Assembly: GCA_035714785.1 (NCBI GenBank)
Contig: DASTLQ010000004.1
Span: 48,248-112,247 of the forward strand
DNA: 64,000 nucleotides
Direction: 5' to 3'
Source of the DNA: Minisyncoccota bacterium
Lineage (GTDB): Bacteria > Patescibacteriota > Minisyncoccia > Phycocordibacterales > UBA9973
Under the pieces are notes generated by a model, which ran no database searches, was not told where the DNA came from, and saw nothing but the letters and a program-made list of their open reading frames with translations. Shown piece by piece: positions 58,046 to 64,000 of this stretch. How positions within the stretch are numbered: position 1 is the stretch's first letter; each line of letters opens with the position of its first letter. The translations under genes were made by a program, and so were the position numbers.

Positions 58046-58123
58046 GGCGAAGGTGGACCCTTACTACACAAAAAAATGATTTAACCTGTGGATAACATGT
58101 AAGGGGACCCCTTACACCCTTGC
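58046..58123. repeat. Motif B half plus motif-A/DnaA-box repeat
   Basis: ggcgaaggtggaccctt ... atttaacctgtggataacatgtaaggggaccccttacaccc. Confidence 0.9.
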
Positions 58124-58225
58124 TAGATTTCCAAAAATATGAAAGATGTGTTATGATACTTGAAAGCCCGCAGGCTTTTTTTGTTTGAGCGGCTTTTAAA
58201 ATTTTTTACTTAAATTACTTAAATT

Positions 58226-60031
58226 ATGGAAATCAGAAATATAGCAATCATCGCTCACGTGGACCACGGCAAGACTACTCTTACCGATGCTCTCATGCGC
58301 CAAAACGGCGCTGCGGAAGAAGAAGGATTTTCTATGGATTCCAACGCTATTGAAAAGGAGCGGGGGATTACTATTTATTCAAAAAATACTTCTATTTATT
58401 ACAAGGATACGAAGATAAACATCGTGGACACGCCAGGTCACGCGGATTTCGGCTCGGAAGTGGAGCGAGTATTACGGGCTATCGACTCTGTGCTCCTTCT
58501 AGTGGACGCAGTAGAAGGTCCTATGCCTCAGACTCGTTTTGTACTTAAAAAGTCTCTAGAGCTTGGTTTAAAGCCTATTGTGGTCATAAATAAGATAGAT
58601 AAGCCCGCTGCGGATGCTGATCGAGTGCATGAGGAAGTATTCGACCTATTCCTAGAGCTCGGTGCAACCAATGACCAAGCAGATTTCACTACGGTATATG
58701 CAATTGGCCGAGATGGAGTAGCATTTAAAAAAATGGGAGATGATTCTACCGACCTTTCTCCACTGCTAGATATTATTTTAGAAAAAGTACCCGCAGCTCC
58801 GGCAAATTTTAATGAAAAAATGTCCGCTCAGGTTTTCAATCTTGCATATGACAATTTCCTCGGACGTATGGCTATCGCTCGAATTTATTCAGGAAAGGTT
58901 ACTTCGGGCTCACAAATACTTGTAAAAGGAGAACATCCTGTCCGAAAAGGAAAGATCACTAAACTTTTTAGTTTCGAAGGGGTAGTCCGCAAGGAAATAC
59001 AAGAAGCTCAGTCTGGAGATATCGTGCTGGTGGCTGGAATTCCAGATATTTATATTGGTGAGACACTTTGTGAAGATGATGGAGTAGAGCCTATGCCCGC
59101 TATCGCTATTGATGAACCCACTCTGTCTTTAAATTTTCTAGTGAATGATTCTCCGTTTGCCGGAAAGGAAGGAAAATTTGTTACTTCGCGTCAATTAAAA
59201 GAAAGATTAGAAAAAGAGCTTGAGGTGAATGTTGGACTAAAAGTAGATTTTTCTCCTGACCAGGGAGAACAACTCGGTCCGTCTTTTTTCAAAATATATG
59301 GAAGAGGGGAACTGCACTTGGCGGTGCTTCTGGAAAACATGCGTAGAGAAGGATTTGAAATGCAGGTATCTCAGCCGGAGGTAATCATAAAAGAAGAAGA
59401 TGGAATCAAGAAAGAACCTTTCGAAGAAACTATCATTGACGTACCGATGGAATATTCTGGCACAGTTATAGAAAAGCTTGGAAAGCGCCGAGGGATGGTG
59501 ACAGATATGTCTGAGAAAAATGGAGTGATGAGAATTGTGGTTGAAATCCCTACCCGAGGACTCCTCGGATATCGTGGTGAATTTATCATCGATACCAAGG
59601 GAGAGGGGATCATTTCTTCGCGAGTCATTGGCTTTAAAGACTTTGCCGGGGATATAAAAAAGAGGGAATACGGATCCATGTCTTCAATGGTCTCAGGCAA
59701 GGCGGTGGCCTTTGCTCTTGCAAATCTACAGGAACGTGGTATACTATATATAGGTCATGGTACCGAAGTTTACGAAGGTATGGTGATTGGTAATGTTTCC
59801 AAGGGTGAAGATATGGCAGTAAACCCTTCTAAAGGAAAACAATTGACCAATATGCGAGCCTCTGGAACAGACGATGCTATATACCTCAATCCTCCTTTTA
59901 CCTTAAGTATTGAGCGAGGATTGGAAGTAATGAGTCACGATGAATATTTGGAAATAACTCCCGCTTCTGTCCGTCTTCGTAAGAAGCACTTGACGGAATT
60001 AGATCGAGTGCGCGCAACTAGAGCAAAATAA
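58226..60031 (+). CDS. typA: Translational GTPase TypA/BipA
   Basis: IRNIAIIAHVDHGKTT, DTPGHADF, GRGELHL, KQLTNMRASG. Confidence 0.96.
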   Translation: MEIRNIAIIAHVDHGKTTLTDALMRQNGAAEEEGFSMDSNAIEKERGITIYSKNTSIYYKDTKINIVDTPGHADFGSEVERVLRAIDSVLLLVDAVEGPMPQTRFVLKKSLELGLKPIVVINKIDKPAADADRVHEEVFDLFLELGATNDQADFTTVYAIGRDGVAFKKMGDDSTDLSPLLDIILEKVPAAPANFNEKMSAQVFNLAYDNFLGRMAIARIYSGKVTSGSQILVKGEHPVRKGKITKLFSFEGVVRKEIQEAQSGDIVLVAGIPDIYIGETLCEDDGVEPMPAIAIDEPTLSLNFLVNDSPFAGKEGKFVTSRQLKERLEKELEVNVGLKVDFSPDQGEQLGPSFFKIYGRGELHLAVLLENMRREGFEMQVSQPEVIIKEEDGIKKEPFEETIIDVPMEYSGTVIEKLGKRRGMVTDMSEKNGVMRIVVEIPTRGLLGYRGEFIIDTKGEGIISSRVIGFKDFAGDIKKREYGSMSSMVSGKAVAFALANLQERGILYIGHGTEVYEGMVIGNVSKGEDMAVNPSKGKQLTNMRASGTDDAIYLNPPFTLSIERGLEVMSHDEYLEITPASVRLRKKHLTELDRVRATRAK

Positions 60032-60106
60032 TCCAAAATTTATTTGACACTTAAGGCATTCGTAAATATAATACTATAGATAGAGTGTCTTATAAATTTC
60101 TTACAT

Positions 60107-61135
60107 ATGTCAAACATATCATTTAAACCAAAACAGGTTACAAAGAAGATAACTTCTCATTTAGGCGACCGAACTCGCGATGTCATCATGAATCGCTATG
60201 GCCTAACTTCTGATGCAAAGAGAAAAACTCTTGAAGAAATTGGCCGTAAATACGGTATTACCCGCGAAAGAGTGCGCCAAATCGAAAATGTTGCCTTTAA
60301 TATGATCAAAAAATCATCTGCTTTTCACGAAGAAAAGGGAATTTTTGACGAGCTAAAGGAGCTTATTCACTCTCTAGGAGCAATCATATCTGAGCATGAT
60401 CTTCTTCATCATATTTCAAAGGATAAAGCTACTCAAAACCATATTCACTTCTACCTTCATCTCGGAGATCACTTCACAAAACACGCAGACGATCCTCACT
60501 TCAAATCTCGCTGGAGTATAAACGATGATATGGCACAAGTAGTGCATGATGCTTTAAGAAAATTATATGCAAATCTTTCTGACGAGGATCTTGTTCCTGA
60601 AAGTGAAATGATAAAAAAATTCTTTGATCAAATGAAGGATGTTTCTGAACACTATCGTGATGAAGAAATGGTAAAGCGATGGCTTTCTCTTTCGAAAACA
60701 ATTTCCAAAAATCCTCTTGGAGAATGGGGAAAGGCTACCTCACCAAATATTCGTACTCGTGGAGTAAAGGACTATGCATACTTGATCATGCGAAAACATG
60801 GATCCCCAATGCACTTCAGAGAAGTGGCGGATGCAATCACCAAGACTTTTAGCCGAAAGACCCACTACGCAACATGTCACAACGAGCTCATTAAAGATTC
60901 CCGTTTCGTACTTGTGGGACGCGGACTATATGCTTTAGCAGAATGGGGATACAAGACTGGTATTGCCCGAGACGTAATCAGGGATATTCTAAAACGAGAA
61001 GGTCCACTTTCCAAAGAAGAAGTGATAGAAAAGGTGATGAAGGAGCGATATTTCAAGAAAAACACTATTATCGTAAACCTTGTAAATTCTAAATATTTCA
61101 AAAAGACTAAAAACGGGATGTATACTTTAGCTTAA
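60107..61135 (+). CDS. Sigma70 region-4 HTH plus HARE-HTH (RNAP delta-like) protein
   Basis: TLEEIGRKYGITRERVRQIE; PMHFREVA..HNELIKDSRFVLVGRGLYALAEWG. Confidence 0.8.
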   Translation: MSNISFKPKQVTKKITSHLGDRTRDVIMNRYGLTSDAKRKTLEEIGRKYGITRERVRQIENVAFNMIKKSSAFHEEKGIFDELKELIHSLGAIISEHDLLHHISKDKATQNHIHFYLHLGDHFTKHADDPHFKSRWSINDDMAQVVHDALRKLYANLSDEDLVPESEMIKKFFDQMKDVSEHYRDEEMVKRWLSLSKTISKNPLGEWGKATSPNIRTRGVKDYAYLIMRKHGSPMHFREVADAITKTFSRKTHYATCHNELIKDSRFVLVGRGLYALAEWGYKTGIARDVIRDILKREGPLSKEEVIEKVMKERYFKKNTIIVNLVNSKYFKKTKNGMYTLA

Positions 61136-61147
61136 CTCTTTTCTGGA

Positions 61148-61181
61148 AAGCCTCGACCCATCTAGCGGTCGAGGCTTTTTT
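61148..61181 (+). terminator. Intrinsic terminator
   Basis: aagcctcgacc-catctagc-ggtcgaggcttttt. Confidence 0.8.
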
Positions 61182-61197
61182 GTACTAAAATATACAT

Positions 61198-62628
61198 ATG
61201 TGGAAATGGAAGGATCTGTCCAAGGATGTTATCGGGCCAATAGAGCTCGTTATTATTTTAGTCATTCTCTATACGCTTGCGTCTATGATTTTTCCTGCTC
61301 TGGCAGTCACTCTGTCTTCTGACGCAGGAATTGTAAATGTTGTCTTTTTCTATCTGTATAAATTTATCTTACTTATTTTCCCAGTGGCGGGAACTATCTT
61401 CTTACTATATTACGCTCACATGTTTTGGCTACATTATATTCGTGCAAACTTTATTTCTGGGATTACTTGGGTGTTGTTAGAAGTTACACCTCCGCGAGAC
61501 GTTTTAAGGTCCCCGAGAGCAATGGAGCTTTTTTTAAACAATGCTTTATATCATATGAGCGAAAAAAGTGGGCTTGAAATGTACTGGCAGGGAGCGGTAA
61601 GATTTTGGTTTTCACTTGAGATTGCTTCTATTGGCGGACAGGTTCGTTTTTATATACGTGCTCCGAGCAGGACCAAGGAATTGCTTGAGACTCAGATGTA
61701 TGCAGCATATCCGCAGTCACAGGTGAGAGTAGTAGAAGACTATACTCTAGCCGTGGATAAGATCACTGAAGACAGCAAATGGAACCTGTGGGGTTGTGAA
61801 TTCACTTATACAAACCCCGATGCTTATCCTATTAAAACTTACGTAGACTACGGCCTCGACAAGGATCCAAAAGAAGAACAGAAAGTAGATCCTATCGCTC
61901 CGGTGGTAGAGCTTTTCAGTGTGATTGGTAAAGATGAGCAGATGTGGTGCCAGATCGTCGTGGCTCCTTCAAAGAAACAATACAAGACTCCCGGAACTTT
62001 GTTTAAGACTCATGGATGGGTGGAAGAAGTTGAAGAGGAAATAAAGAGGCTCTTAATTCAATTTACCCGTCAGCACCCTAAACAACCAAACGGTATTACT
62101 CCTATAGAAATTCGACCACCGGATTTCTTGTCGGAGATTACCAAAAAGGCTAGCGCCAAAATGCTAAAGCTTGGTTTTGATACCGGAATAAGGGTTTGTT
62201 ATGTTGCTAAAAAAGAGGCTTTCAACATGAACAACAGACGTAATATTCGTATGATCTTTCGCCAGTATGCTGCTCCAAATTCAAATGAACTAGTGAGGGT
62301 GAATTCTACTCAGGCAGATGCTTTTGGAAAAAATCAATTCACCGCGTTTTTTCCACTTTCAACCAAAAAGGTTTATAAACTGGCTGATCGTATGTTGCTT
62401 GAATATAGAGAGCGAGAATTCTTTAATCCACCTATGAGACACAAGATTCATCTACCCTGGCCCCTTTCTCCATTGATCTTTCCGAATTTTTTTCATCACC
62501 ATATTATGGTCATGAATACCGAAGAAATTGCTACCCTTTGGCACTTCCCAGGTCAGATTTTGAAAGTACCAAGCCTAGAGCGTATCGAATCCAAGGAAGC
62601 TTCTCCTCCTACAAATCTTCCAATTTAA
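61198..62628 (+). CDS. Conserved CPR membrane protein of unknown function, resembling the N-terminal region of CPR type IV coupling-protein-like genes
   Basis: LLEVTPPR..SPRAME, FSLEIAS.GG, QMYAAYP..EDY, YPIKTY, NTEEIATLWHFP. Confidence 0.6.
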   Translation: MWKWKDLSKDVIGPIELVIILVILYTLASMIFPALAVTLSSDAGIVNVVFFYLYKFILLIFPVAGTIFLLYYAHMFWLHYIRANFISGITWVLLEVTPPRDVLRSPRAMELFLNNALYHMSEKSGLEMYWQGAVRFWFSLEIASIGGQVRFYIRAPSRTKELLETQMYAAYPQSQVRVVEDYTLAVDKITEDSKWNLWGCEFTYTNPDAYPIKTYVDYGLDKDPKEEQKVDPIAPVVELFSVIGKDEQMWCQIVVAPSKKQYKTPGTLFKTHGWVEEVEEEIKRLLIQFTRQHPKQPNGITPIEIRPPDFLSEITKKASAKMLKLGFDTGIRVCYVAKKEAFNMNNRRNIRMIFRQYAAPNSNELVRVNSTQADAFGKNQFTAFFPLSTKKVYKLADRMLLEYREREFFNPPMRHKIHLPWPLSPLIFPNFFHHHIMVMNTEEIATLWHFPGQILKVPSLERIESKEASPPTNLPI

Positions 62629-62631
62629 TCT

Positions 62632-63507
62632 ATGAAAAAAATCGCTATCACCTGTGCAAGTGTGCTCTTCTTGGCAATAATATTTATTGTCTATGTTTTG
62701 AGTTCACCTCGCAGTTTTCCAGAGGACACTACTTTTAATATTGAAGAAGGAGAGTCGCTTCGAGGTCTTTCTCTGCTTTTAAAAAATGAAAATATTATTC
62801 GTTCCCGTCTTGCATTTGAAACTTTTGTAATTGCATATGGAGGGGAAAGAAGAATCCGAGAAGGGTACTATTTGTTTGAAAACAGAATTCCGGTTTTTGA
62901 AGTAGCCAGAAGAATGGCGCGAGGTGATCGGCATCTACTGCCTGTCAGAGTCACTATTCCCGAAGGATTTACAGTAAAGGAAATGGCGGAAGCATTTTCT
63001 TCCAAGCTTTCCATGTTTAATAAAGAGCAATTTATCACTCTTGCCAGTGAAAAGGAGGGATATCTTTTTCCTGACACTTACTTCTTATTTCCCAACGATA
63101 CTGACACAGAAGCTTTGAAGCTGATGGAAAAAAACTATGAAAGGAAAATTAAAAATATACGTGGAGATATAGAGAAGTCCGGTAAAACAGAAAATGAAAT
63201 CATCGTGATGGCATCTATCATTGAAAAGGAAGCCAAAGGTAGTGATGATAGAAATATGATTTCTGGAATATTGTGGAACAGAATTTCTATTGATATGCCT
63301 TTACAGGCCGATGCCGCTCCGGAAACGTATCAAAGGAAAGGATTGCCCGAGAAACCTATCGCTAACCCCGGACTTCTGGCCATCAATGCCGCTATAAATC
63401 CTACCCCCACTGATTATCTTTTTTATTTACATGACAAGACAGGGATGATTCATTATGCTGTCACTTATACGGAGCATAAAAAGAATATTGCAAAGTACTT
63501 AAAATGA
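62632..63507 (+). CDS. mltG: Endolytic transglycosylase MltG
   Basis: VTIPEG, EGYLFPDTY, MASIIEKE, LQADA, GLPEKPIANPG. Confidence 0.92.
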   Translation: MKKIAITCASVLFLAIIFIVYVLSSPRSFPEDTTFNIEEGESLRGLSLLLKNENIIRSRLAFETFVIAYGGERRIREGYYLFENRIPVFEVARRMARGDRHLLPVRVTIPEGFTVKEMAEAFSSKLSMFNKEQFITLASEKEGYLFPDTYFLFPNDTDTEALKLMEKNYERKIKNIRGDIEKSGKTENEIIVMASIIEKEAKGSDDRNMISGILWNRISIDMPLQADAAPETYQRKGLPEKPIANPGLLAINAAINPTPTDYLFYLHDKTGMIHYAVTYTEHKKNIAKYLK

Positions 63508-64000
63508 GAAATCAAAATTTTGCCTTTATAGATTTAGAAGCTACTGGAACAAATGTCATTCAACATGAGATTATCGAGATTGGTTGCGTGATTACGGATT
63601 CTGATTTGAATGTAATCGAAGAGTTTGAAATGAAAGTAAAACCAGAGCGGATAGAGGGTGCTGACCCGGTTGCTTTAAAAGTAAATCAATATGACGAATC
63701 GGCTTGGAAAGATGCATACAGTCTAGAGGAAGCGATGGAAATATTTAGTAAGAAAGTAAAAGGTTGTGTGATGGTAGGACAAAATGTTGCTTTCGATTCC
63801 GCTTTCTTGGAGCATGCTTTAGCAACGGTTGGTTTACCAAACGAAATGCATTACCACAAGCTCGACACTCTCTCTATCGCGTGGGCCAAGCTTCATCGAA
63901 ATACCGAGGTGCTTCGTTTTTCTCTACGTGAGCTTTGTGTAAAATTTGGAATAGTGAATGAAAAAGCCCATACCGCCCTATCGGATGCCAGAGCCACCTA
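63504..64000 (+). CDS. DEDDh 3'-5' exonuclease (DnaQ-like), truncated by the window end
   Basis: Hand translation: MRNQNFAFIDLEATG..HEIIEIG..GQNVAFD..LDT..HTALSDA. Confidence 0.88.
   Translation, partial: MRNQNFAFIDLEATGTNVIQHEIIEIGCVITDSDLNVIEEFEMKVKPERIEGADPVALKVNQYDESAWKDAYSLEEAMEIFSKKVKGCVMVGQNVAFDSAFLEHALATVGLPNEMHYHKLDTLSIAWAKLHRNTEVLRFSLRELCVKFGIVNEKAHTALSDARAT

Overview
A 64-kb chromosomal window from a Patescibacteria/CPR bacterium, most likely Parcubacteria (OD1). This assignment is inferred from 16S signatures, streamlined MurE/MurC/IF2, a VirB2-like pilin array and orphan solute-binding proteins. The genetic code is 11. Housekeeping genes include guaA, htrA, rnj, secG, secA, radC, murEDC, rpsA, gyrA, rbfA, infB, iscS, clpB, typA and mltG, plus five tRNAs. 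A stand-alone 16S rRNA gene carries a ~1.04-kb group I intron with a LAGLIDADG endonuclease and has no anti-Shine-Dalgarno tail. Highlights: (1) a dispersed palindromic repeat family (core AAGG-N5-CCTT; full form is a 45-bp palindrome with two perfect DnaA boxes) at about 11 loci. It brackets single genes like cassettes, supplies stop codons and sits in-frame inside murE. (2) A cobalamin riboswitch and attenuator upstream of a secreted transcobalamin-like protein. (3) An unannotated ~130-nt structured RNA candidate next to a 34-aa Lys/Ala histone-H1-like peptide. (4) A free-standing LAGLIDADG gene overlapping tRNA-Tyr. (5) Pervasive leaderless-type promoters. All calls come from reading the sequence by eye; no database searches were run.
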